Source of the DNA: Cyanophora paradoxa CCMP329
Lineage: Eukaryota > Plantae > Glaucophyta
Assembly (NCBI GenBank): GCA_004431415.1
Contig: QPMI01000444.1
Location: 186,001 to 250,000 of the forward strand
Direction: 5' to 3'
Length of the DNA stretch: 64,000 nucleotides
The notes below the pieces were generated by a model. The model was not told where the DNA came from. It worked only from the letters and a program-made list of their open reading frames with translations, and ran no database searches. The position numbers were made by a program, and so were the translations under genes. Of the stretch, positions 25,805-36,900 are shown piece by piece; the first letter of the stretch is position 1, and every line of letters starts with the position of its first letter.

Positions 25805-27198
25805 ATGGCCTCGCCGGCGGCACCGGCCGGCATCGCCGACCTGCCGGAGGAGCTCCTGGTCGCTGTGTTCCGCGCGCTGCCGAGCAATGCGGATCGGTGC
25901 CGCGCCATGCTCACGTGCAAGGGCTGGTGCGCCCTGCTCCGCGAGCCCGACGCCTGGAACGACCTATCCCTCTGGTGCGCCGCGCGCCCTGCTCCCAGGG
26001 ATTCCTTCGCCGACGCCGCCGGGCCGGCGCGGGCGCAGCTTGAGCGTGATGGCGTGGGAGGGGGCGAAGCCGTTCGAGGAGCACGCGCAGGGCGGGCCGC
26101 GGGGCCCGCCGCCGATGGACGCGCGGCTGATCGAGGCGGTCCTGCGCCAGCGGCGCTTCGCGTCGCTGCGGGCGCTGCACCTGCGGATCCACGCCGCCGA
26201 CGGATCCGTCGCGAACGAGCTCCTCCGCCTCCTCCCCCTCGTCCCCGTGCGCCGACCCGCCCGCACGCTTTAAGCGTTGTGCGCCCCCGACGCGGGGCGG
26301 CGCGCAGGGCGTGGAGGAGCTGCAGCTGAGCGGCGGCTGCTTCCCCGCCTCCGAGTTCGTTGGGGACGTGCTGGCCGCCGCCCGCCTCTCCCTGCCCCGC
26401 CTCCGCCGCTTCTCGGCGCCCGTGCGGCACAAGGACCTGCGCCCGCTCTCGGCGCCCGACTCGCCCCTGGAGCGCGTCGCCTGGCTCGAGCCGACGGCGG
26501 CGATGCTGGCCTCCGACGTGCTGAACCTGCGCGGCTGGTTCCCCCGCCTCGCCTGGGCCTCCGCCTGCCTGCTCGACCTTGACCTCGACGGCCTCGCCGC
26601 CCTCTCCGCCGTGCCCGCCCCTCCCCGCCCCGGAGTGCCCGCCTCACCTGATCCGACTCCCCCCCCTCAGCTGGACGCGGATGGCGTCGCGGCGGAGAAG
26701 CTGACGCTGGTGGGCGTGCCCGAGGGGGAGCCGGCCGCCGCCCTGGGGCGCCTCCTCGCCCGCGGCTGCGCCTCCCTCAGCGTCTTCTCCCGCCCGGGCG
26801 CCGTCTGCGACGCCGGGCCCCTCCTCGGCCGCCTCGCCGCCGCCGCCCCCTCCTACCCCTCGGTCCGGCGGCTCCTCCTGCCCCCCTCGGCCGCCTCGCG
26901 GGCCTCGCTGCCGCTGCTCGCGCGGCTCTTCCCGGGCGCCGAGTGCTTCACCACGTGCCTCGCCCCGGACGGCGGCGCCGGCCCCGAGGACCTGGTCGCC
27001 CTCGTGCGCGCCCTCCCGCGCCTCCAGGAGCTCTGCGCCAGCCGCCAGGGCGGGAGCTGGGCCGAGGGCGACGTCGCCCGCCTCGCCGCCGCCCGCTCGC
27101 CGCCCCTGCGCCGCGTCCGCCTCTCCGACGAGAGGCGCTTCTACAGCCACGTCCCCAAGCCTTCCGGCTCTTCATCGGAAGGCAATTGCAAGGGCTAG
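25805..27198 (+). CDS. F-box/LRR protein
   Basis: IADLPEELLVAVFRALPSNADRCRAMLTCKGW F-box, with LRR-like repeats downstream. Confidence 0.8.
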
Positions 27199-27747
27199 GC
27201 GGCAGCCGCGGGCCCCCCACGTGCACCCGCGCGGCTGCCCGCAGCGGCGCGCGGCCGTTCGCATGCGCAGCGGTCTCGAGTAGGCCCTCGCCCCTTATTC
27301 AGCTCAGTTAAAAGGCATCTAAACAGGCATCAACCGCACACGGAAACAGCCGCCGTCAGCCGCCGCTGAGCCGCGAGTCGGGGGGATACAGCGCATTAAA
27401 TATTAATTGCACGTCGGCCTCGCCTGACCGGTACCGACGTCGGACCAAGCTCGAGCGCATCAATTTGAGTTTGGCAGCTAATTTGTCGCGCCTGCAGCTT
27501 TAGCTGTAGCCTGTAGCTAGCTAGCTGCGCTAGCTAGCTCTCCCTCCGGTTGGTTGACCACCAACCTCTTCCGCCCACAGTCTTGTGCGGCGCCGGTTAG
27601 CGCGTAGACCGGATAGAGGGGCTCCGTTCCCCAGGACTCACGCCCTTTGTTCACAGCGTCGAAGTCGTGCGCATGCCATACGTGTAGTGTGTGCTGTACA
27701 TGTACCCATAGACGCGTGTCACAGGCCGTGTTTGTTCAATTGCATGC

Positions 27748-30244
27748 ATGTCGCTGTTCAGCGGCGCGTGGTCTGAGGCGGCTCGCTTCCATCGCCCCGG
27801 CCCGAGCTCGGAGGAGCGCCATCGGCAGCAGGAAGGTGCACTTTGCAAGTTGCGTACGCGCGTGGTCTGATCATGAAGCGGCTCGCTTCCATCGCCTCTG
27901 CGCGCAGTCATCCTCGATGACGCCGAGGATGTGCTTACGACGCCGGAGGCGCGGGAGTGGCAGAGCGGGCCTCTCTCGCGCACGCCTACTATCCAGACGG
28001 CAGCCGCTCCTCCGCTCTCGGTCCGGACGAGCGCTTCGGGCAGCGCACGGCTTTTCTTTGAGATTCCGGAGCGCAGCGGGCTGCAGCGTTATCCGCTGGC
28101 CTCCACTTTGCAACGGCGATGGAGCGAGTGTGCAGGTACTCTGTCGAGGCATTCCCGGAGTGCGCGGACTGGCGGGACGGTGTCGTGGAGCGCTTCTTCG
28201 ACAGCCTGCGCCTGGAAGAGGCCGACCGCCGCTGCCTCCGCTCTGCAGACGCCCGCGCCGCGCTCTCACCGCCACCGGAGCCGCCGCCCGAGGCCGAGCG
28301 CGCGCGCGGCGTCGAGCACGCCGTGGTGCGCCCCTCCGCGCAATAGTGGTGGCGCGCGGTCTCGCTCAGCGGGGCCGGCGCAGGCGTTCGCGGTGCGGGA
28401 GCGGCGCGGGTACGACGCGCGGACGCGGGCGGCGTGCGCGGGGCTCGCGGGGGCCTGGGGCGCCCCCGCGCTCTTCGCCGAGGCGGAGGCGCGCCTCTCC
28501 AGCACCCTCGCCGCCGCCGTCGGGCCCGCCGCCGCCCTCGCCGACGGCCAACAAGCGGGCGCCCCCGACGTCGACGGCGGGGGGCAGCGGGCGGCTCCGG
28601 GCGCGGGGCCGGGCGGCGGTTCCTGGGGCCGGATGGCTGGTCAGAGGCGCTGCGCTCGAAGTGGGCGGCGGCGGCGGCGGCGCTCGCCGTGGGCGGCCTG
28701 GTGACCGCCGGCGGGGCCCTCGCCCTCGCCCCCGTCCTCGCGGGGGCCCTCAAGGCTCGCGCACCCTCCTCGCACGCCCGCGTCTGCCCCCTGACCCGAC
28801 GCGTGGGCGCAGCTGCTGAGCGTGCCGGCGGCGCTCTCGCTGAAGGCCCTCTCGCTGCTCGTCTCGGGCCTCTTCGGGGCCGCCGGCGCCGGCCTCGCCG
28901 GCTTCCGCGTCGACCGCGCCGCCTCCGGCCTCTCCGAGTTCGCATTCAGGCCCGCCCCGCGCCCTACTTAGATTCGGGTACCCGATAACTACGCTTTCCG
29001 GCTGACGAGAGGTCGCGCAGGCCGGTGCCTAGGGAGCGGGAGGGCGGGGCGGCGCCAGCGGGCCCCGCCCTGCACGCTGTCGTGGCCGTGCCGGGATTCC
29101 TCCCGGAGGCGCCCCCCGGGGCCGACCGCGCCGCCGCCCGCGCCTCGCTCGAGGCGGACTGGGCCCGCCCCCTCCGCGCCCTCGTCCGCCCCGTCCCCGG
29201 CCCCACAGCCAGCGCCTCCTTACACCCCTTCTCGCAGGACCTCTCGGAGGAGGGGTACGTGCTCGCGTGGGAGGGCGACGTGCTCTCCGACCTCGGGGAG
29301 GTGCGGAGGCCCCGTACCCCCCTCCCGCGCCCTCCCCCGAGCCGCGGGGCCGAGGGGCCTGCAGCTGGTGGGCGGGCTGGCGAGGGGGGAGGTGGCGGCG
29401 CACCTGTCTCTGGGGGACGTGCTGGGGGGCACGTGGGCGCGGGCGCAGGCGAAGTGCGAGAAGGCGGCGGGGGTGCTGGCGGGGGTGCTGCGGGGGCGGG
29501 TGGCGGGGCGGCGGCCGGTGAGCCTCGTGGGGGCCTCCCTCGGCGCCCGCCTCGTCCTCGAGGCCCTCGCCGACCTCGCCCGCTCCCGCTCCCCCGGGGT
29601 GCCCCGCCCCCGGCCCCTCCCCCCTCCCCCCGTTCCGACGGGGCGGGGCGGGGCCGCCGGGCGGGGCCAGGTGGTGATGCACGCGGTGCTGGTGGGGCCC
29701 CGGGGCGGCGGGGACGCGGAGGCGTGGCGCCGCGCGCGCTCCGTCGTCGCCGGCGGCCTCGTGTGCGTCCGCAGCGCCCGCGACCCCGAGCTGCGCGCCG
29801 CCTCCCGCGTGCCCCTGCTCGGCCGCGAGCCGGCGGGGCGCGCCCCCGTCCCCGAGCCCGGTCCGCCCCCTCGATGCAGCTGCAGACCTCCCCTCTCCGG
29901 ATCCCCGACTCTGCAGGCGCCCCTGACTCTGGCTGCGGGCGGCAGGGGTGCTGGACGTGGAAGCGTCGGACCTGGTCGCCTCGCACGCCGCGTACGCTCC
30001 GCGGGGCCCCGAGGAGGGCGCCCTGGCCGCCGCCCTCGCCCGCGCCGCCTCTGCCCTCGAGCTCGAGCTTGCGCATTCCGCCGGCGGCGGAGGCCTCGCC
30101 TCGCAGCCGGGGGCCGCCGGCGCCGGCCCCGCCCCTGAAGTCGATCCGCCCACGCGTACAGGCGCTGGCCCCACCCCCGACGGCGACGTACGCGTCGTTT
30201 CCCCGAGCGCTAGCCCCGAGTCAGAACTCGAGGACACTCTGTAG
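27748..30244 (+). CDS. DUF726/TMCO4-like alpha/beta-hydrolase membrane protein
   Basis: AAAALAVGGLVTAGGALALAP TM segment, EGYVLAWE, GRRPVSLVGASLGARLV, HAVLVG...WRRARSVVAG...SARD. Confidence 0.8.
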
Positions 30245-30479
30245 CCCGCTCTTGTCTCGTCACTGCGTTATTGATTTATTCGATCAAGATCTAGAGGCGG
30301 ATCACGCCGCTAGCGTTAGCGCTAGCGCTTGTTCAGCAGCTCCAGCTAACCGTGGGGGTACCGTACTACCACACATCACAGCATCACAGTTGCTTTACGC
30401 GTACGAGCTTCACGTAGCTGCAGCATCCTCAGGCACTCGAGGGGCGCAAGACGCGTCCAGCCGGCGCGCCCAGCCGCCG

Positions 30480-32906
30480 ATGCTGCTTCGCTGGGCGCTC
30501 GGCTTCCGGCGGGCGGCATACAGCGCGCGGAGCACCGCGCGGAGCTCATTCTTAGATCGTCCAGCGCCGGTCGTCGTCCGCTCTTTCGCCGCGGCGGTGG
30601 GCTCTGGCGTGCTCGCCGCGGCCAAGGCGGACGCAAGATCGCAGAGCGCGCGAGTGAGCATCGCGCGATCGCCTTTGCGCTTCCGCGGGTTATCTTCGTC
30701 GTCGCGGCCTGCCGAGGCCATATCGACCGGAGCGACGAGAGCGTCGACGGCCGTGCTCGCCGAACGAGCCCAGAAGAAACGCGAGCGGCTGGCGGCTGCG
30801 CGTAAAGCGGCGGCGTCGTCGTATGTGCAGCAAACATCGAGCGCGGAAGCGGCTCCCGCATGCCCCCCGGCGGCGCCGGCGGCGAAGGCGCCCCCGTCGA
30901 CCTTGACCGCCGAGCGCGCGCGGGAGCAAGAGGCGCAGCCGGAGCCGCAGAAGCAGCCGCAGCCTTCGGCCTCGGGCCAGCCATCGCCGCCCCGGGAGCG
31001 CGGCGGGGCGGCGATGCAGAAGCTGGCGGGGCGGCTGCGGCTGGACCTGGCACAGGCGGAGAAGCTGCTGCGGGACGTGCCGGAGCTGGCGGAGTGCGAC
31101 CTGGGCGAGCTCGCGCAGACGGCGAACGTGCTCGCCGCCGAGACGCTCCTATCGAGCGCGGCTCTGCGGGAGGTCATCCCGCGCCTCGCGCGGCTCCTCC
31201 GCCTGGGGCCGGCCGAGGTGCAGGCGCGCCTCCGCGTCATGCGCGAGCGCACGGGCATCTCCCGCAAGCGCCTCGGCGCCCTCCTCTCCGCCTACCCCGA
31301 GATGCTCCGCCACAGCGTCGAGAACGCGCGCCCCGCGCGGCCCCGCCCCGCCGGCCCGCCCCGCGCCGAGCCGAGCCGGCGCCGCGCAGTTTGAGGAGCG
31401 CTTTGAGACGCTGGAGGCCGTCTTCGGCGTGCGCGGGGAGGCGTGCTTCGCCGAGGGTGCGCGCTCGCCCTGCTCCGCGCCGCCGCCCCCGCGCCGCCGC
31501 CGACGAGCGTGCGCGCGCAGTGTCGGTGACGGCGGGCTCGCCGGACCGTGTGCCGCTCGTGGCGGTGGCCTCCCCGGACTCGCTGCGGGGCATCTACGCC
31601 GCCCTCCAGCGCATCGGCCTCTCCGCCGAAGAGGTGCCCCCGCCGCCGCGGGGCCCGCCCCGCCCCGCCCCGGCCCCGCCTCAGGGGCTCGCGCAGGTGC
31701 ACGCGATGGGGCGGCGGTGCCCGCGGCTGGCGTCGGCGTCGGTCTTCAGCATCATGTCGTCGGTGAACCACCTGGTGGACGGCCTCGGCATGTCCCGCTC
31801 GCACGTCGCCGCCGTCGCCCGGCGCGAGCCGGAGGTCCTCACCGCCGGCGCCGACGCCCTCCGGCCCCGCCTGGAGGCCCTCGAGGAGGCCGGCCTGCCC
31901 CGCGAGTCCCTCGGGCCCCTCCTCGCCGCCGCCGCCCGCTCCCAGCGCAGCCTCCTCGGCGCCGCGCAGGGCCCCCTCCTCCTTGCCCGCATCCGCGCCC
32001 TCTCGGCGGCGCTGGGCGTCGAGGGGGCCGACCTGGCGGAGGTCCTCACCCGCAACCCGCACGCCCTCGCCCCCGGGGTCCCCGCCCTCGCCGGCGCCCT
32101 CCGCGAGGCCCTCGCGGGGCGCCTCGGCCTCGAGCCGGCCGAGATCGCCTCCATCGTCTCGCGGGCGCCCGAGCTCCTCATCTGGCCGGCCGGCCCCCGC
32201 GTCGTCCGCGAGCTGCTGCGGTACGGGTTCGCGGCGTCGCTGGTGGCGGACATGGCGCGGCGCTGCCCCAAGGCCCTCCTCGTCGACGTCGAGCAGGCGC
32301 TCCTCCCCAAGCTCGACTTCCTCACGAAGCAGCACGGCGTCTCGCTGCACGCTATCGCCGCGAGCCCCGTGATCCTCACGTACAGCCTGGAGGATCGCCT
32401 GGCGCCCCGCGTGGAGCACATGGGGCGCCACCTCCCCGCCTGGCACCGGCTCTTCCGCCTCGAGACCGTCTTCCACTGCGACGACGCCAAGTTCGCCGCC
32501 CGGTACCCGGCGCCGGGGGCGGAGGCCCCGGGGGCGCCGGCGTCGCCGACGTGGGTGGCGGGGCGGCTGCCGCCGGCGGCGCCCACGGACGAGGACGAGC
32601 GGTACCTGCTGGAGCGGGAGCGGCGGGCGGCGCGGTTGGCGCAGCAGGAGGCGTGGCGGCAGCGGCGGCGGGAGGCGAAGCTGCGGGAGCGGGAGGCGGG
32701 GGCGGCGGGGAGGAGGAGCGGGGCGGGCGGCGGCGGCGGCGTGGAACGTGGCGATGCGGGCGCGGCGGGCGGAGCGGCTGGCGGCCGCCGAGGCGCGCCG
32801 CCTCGAGGCCCTCCGCGAGCACCTCAGCGAGCTCGGCCGCAACGTCGACCCAGGCTCCCCCGCCAGCGACCCGCCCCCCAACCCGCCCCCGCCACTTGCC
32901 CTCTAG
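30480..32906 (+). CDS. mTERF family protein, probably mitochondrion-targeted
   Basis: Arg/Ser/Ala-rich presequence MLLRWALGFRRAAY; repeats such as RCPKALLVDVEQALLPKLDFL and SPVILTYSLEDRLAPRVEH. The 3' end needs a frameshift or intron. Confidence 0.85.
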
Positions 32907-33907
32907 CCTCTACCCCGCCCTGTGGCCGTGCGGCGCACGTCACGTGCTTTTGGGAATTTTGCTGCATATGCGCATGCGTGTTTTTCGATAAAGACCCTGA
33001 ATGGCCCTCGCCGCCTCATTCAAACCTGATTCATCATGCTCGGACTTCGTGAATCATTTGCGATCGTGCGAATCGGTGCGATTCGCGACAAAGGGGCGGC
33101 GGGAAAGCCCCATGTTCAGCTTGGGGTTAGGAAAGTATCGGATAAGACTGGTTACCCAGTGACTCTCCAGCGAAAATCTAACGAAACGCCATGCGACAGC
33201 CGCCCAACGGCAAAAGCTGTACCCACTTAGAGGGTGAATTAATTGTTCCGTCCACGCGTACGGCTTCCATAACTGGTGCGGGTAAAAAGCATACGCATAT
33301 ATTTATACACATTCTAACATGTACATATGCATGCATTTTTATCCGCAAGCGCGACCCATGCACCCATGTAGACATTGTACATGTGTGCGCTCACTGCGCT
33401 GCCGGCGCCGCGCTTCAAAGTACTGTACCCTGGCCTCCCCGGCTAGCAGCTGCGCGCGGCCGCGACTATCAAGGCCTCTGGACGGGCACGGAGGCGCTGA
33501 GGAGCTGCCCCGCGAGTCGGCGCATCTAGGCGTCGGCCTGGCTAAAGGCGCGTTCGCGTTCGTTTCTCTGTGCCGACAAAGGCATTGAGGCGAGAGCGCC
33601 TTGCCCAAGCAACCACCTCTCGGCGGGTTCGTCTAGAGGATCGCCGCGGCCTGGCAAGGTTCGCACATATCCACGAAAGCGGCCCGCTGTGCTTCAATCC
33701 CGACGCTTTCGCGTGGTCGGTCCGACCTTTCCATGCTGACCTTACCAGCAGGCTGCAGCCACGGCGCCGGCGAGCGAGATCGCGTCGCACGTCGCGCTGG
33801 GATAGCTTAGGGTGAACGTGGCGAGCGAGCCGAGGGCGGCTTAACTTGAGCGCCACGCGCAACTTCGAACGCGCTGCGCGTTTCCACAAGGAAGCGTCGT
33901 GAGCGAT

Positions 33908-36900
33908 ATGGATTCCTTCCCAGGTCCATCATGTGTCTCCTCTTTTCAGTGTGCCTTCCCGCGTGTGACTCTCGCTGCCGCAGGCTACGTAACGACGGAG
34001 GCAAGTGTTCTGCAGACTAAGCAAAGCAACGCGCACGCGAGCCGCCTGACGCTTGCGCGTTTCCAGGTGGTATGCGAGCGTCGCAACAGAATGCTGATCC
34101 GGGCCGTTCGCGCGTCGGATGGTTCGCACCCGCCCTACCGCCGCGGCATTGGCCGACATCGCGGCGCAGGCATGGCCGTGGTCCTCAAAAAGCTCAACGA
34201 AGATTTCTAGTGCGTGATTCCGTTAGAATCCTCGCTTTCCGCTCCTGACGACTTCCGCAGCGATTATCCGAACCTCCAGGCGCCCGCCGCCGCCGCCAGC
34301 TCCAGCCCCGCTTTTCTGACCGCATCGCCCTTCGCAGAAACTCAAGCGAGAATTTAGCATCATGGTTCGCCCCAAAGCGGAGGCGTCGCCACGCGCGCCT
34401 CACGCGGGCGGCGCCTGCGCAGACTGTTGTCGCGGGGCCTTACGTCCTGAAGGCATATGAGCTTGCGGTCTCCTCCAGCACGGCAGCGATTGTCATGGAG
34501 GCTCGCGCACCGCCCTGCCTCCCGCCTGCGCGCGTTGCGCGGGGGCCGAGCGGGGGCGGCGGGGGCGCAGGACATCGGGGGGCGCTCGCTGGACGAGGTC
34601 GTGAACGGCAAGCCGATGTCGCTGGGGGTTTTCCTGCCCATCGCCATACAGCTCACGACGGCGCTCGGCGTCGTCCACGGCGCCAACGTCGTCCACAGGG
34701 ACGGTCCGCCCGCCCCCGCCCCGCCCCCGCCCCGCGCCAGCTGAGCGCGCGCCGGGGGGGGGGAGCAGTGAAGGCGGGGAACGTGATCGTAAACCTGAAC
34801 AACCCGGAGGAGAACCGCGTGCGGCTGGCCGACTTCGGCCTCGCCGGCTACATCCAGGACTCGTACACCCAGAGCGACATGGAGGGCAGGCGCGCCCCCC
34901 GGCCCCCGCCGCCCCGCCCCGCCCCGCCCCGCCCGGCGCGGCCGCCGACGCCCTCCCCAGCCTGGCGTACATGGCGCCGGAGCAGACGAAGCGCATCCAC
35001 TGCGTCGTGAACCAGCGCTCCGACCTCTACAGCCTCGGCGGTGCTCCCGGCTCCCTGCCTGCGCGGCCTGCGCGCGCGCCCCTCGCGCGCCCCTCACGCC
35101 CCCCTCCTCCTCGCAGTCACCTTCTACCAGTGCCTGGTCGGGCACCTCCCCTTCACGTGCGCCCCCCCCCCCCCCCTTCTCCCCCCCCCCCTCCCCTACC
35201 CCCTCCCCCTCCTCCTCCGCCGCCCGCGCCAACGAGGAGCGCCGGCAGCGGAGACTCCCTATCGATCATACACGGGCACCTGGCCCGCAAGGCTACCCCC
35301 GTCCGCGTGATCCGGTGCGCGGAGCGGCGCGGCCGGGCCGGGGCCACCCTGGGCTGACGCGACCCCGCGCAGGCCCGAGATCCCCGAAGTCATCAGCGCC
35401 ATCGTAGAGAAGGCGAGCGGCGCGGGGCGGGGCGGGGCCGCGCGGGAGGCTGCGCGGCGCTGACGTGACGGGCGCGCAGCTGATGGAGAAGTCGCCGGAC
35501 GACCGCTACCAGTCGGCGTACGGCGTCCGCGAGGACCTCTTCAACTGCTACACGCAGCTCCGCTCGGGGCCCGGCATCATCAGCACCTTCAAGGCCCGCC
35601 CTCTCGTCCCGCAATGCGATGCTCGCGCTCACTCTCGGGGCAGCTGGCGTCGCGGGACTTCCCGTGCACGCTGCAGCTCTCGACGCGTCTGTACGGGCGG
35701 GAGTGCCTCATCGACCAGCTCGTCGCCGCCTTCGTCGCCGTCTTCGGGTCCCTCGACGAGATCAACCGCGAGATCGAGCGGCGCAGCGCCCCGGCGCTCG
35801 GCGGCTCCTCCCACCACTCGGGCCACCGCCACAACGGCCCCTCGCCGGACGGGGCGCAGGACTCCTCGGCCGCCGCCTCGCAGGAGCGGAGCCCGGCGCG
35901 GGCGACCTCGCCGGGGCCCTCGGTGCTCCGCGGCGCCGGCACGCTGGCGCCCTCGCAGCCCGCGCGCCGCGGCGTGCTCGTCATCCGCGGCGTCTCCGGC
36001 ATCGGCAAGACCGGCCTTGTCCTCCGCTTCGTTCAGGTGGGCGGGGAGGGCGGCCCGCGACGGGCGGGGCGGGCGCCGAACGGGGCGCTCGCGCGCGCGC
36101 GCAGGACGTTGCGACGGAGCTGCCGGTGATCTTCCTGCGGGGCAAGTACGACCATAACACGTGCGCGTCGCGCCCCTACAGCGCCATCATCGCCGCCATC
36201 GTCGGCCTCGTCCAGCAGGTCCCCTGCCCCTCTTCCACCCTTTCTTTCTCCCGCCCCCTCGCTCACCCCCGCGCAGCTGCTGGCGGACAACGAGCGGCTG
36301 CTCGCCGTCCAGCCGCGCATCATCGCGACGCTCGGCGAGAACGCCTCGGTCCTCGTCGACCTCATCCCGGAGGCCAAGCACCTGCTGGGCACGGGCGTCG
36401 AGCTCGCGCCCGTCCCCCCGCTCCCGCCGGCCGAGACGGCCCTGCGCCTCACCACCACCGTCTGCCAGCTCCTCGAGTCCCTCTACCCCCTCGTCGTCTT
36501 CCTCGAGTGCGCCGCGCCGCACCGCCGCGCCCCCTTGCTCCTCGCCCTCGGCGTCTGACGGGCCCCCCGCAGCGACATGCAGTGGGCCGACACCGCCTCC
36601 CTCAAGCTCGTGCGCCCCCTCCGCTGCCCTCCCCTTCCGCCCCCGCCCCCGCCCCCGCCCGAGCCGCGCCGAGCCGCGCGCCGCCCAGATCCGCCGCCTC
36701 GCCACCTGGCCCTCCATCGACTGCCTCCTCATCTGCGCGTGGTGCGCCCCCCCTCTTCCTTGCCTAGCAGCGCCCGCTGCCGGGGGCCTCGTCGAGCCGC
36801 CGGGGGCGGGCAGCCGGAGCAACGAGGTGCGGCCGTCGCACCCGATGGCCCTCGCCATCGACGAGATCCGCTCCAGCGGCGTCCCCACCTACGTGCGCCC

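Noticed and set aside
32690-32790. Programmed frameshift or pseudogene in the mTERF 3' end (also frame changes in the cyclase linker and the 52867-57420 gene)
   Set aside because: The shifts fall in G/C runs, where sequencing error or unrecognised short introns are simpler explanations.
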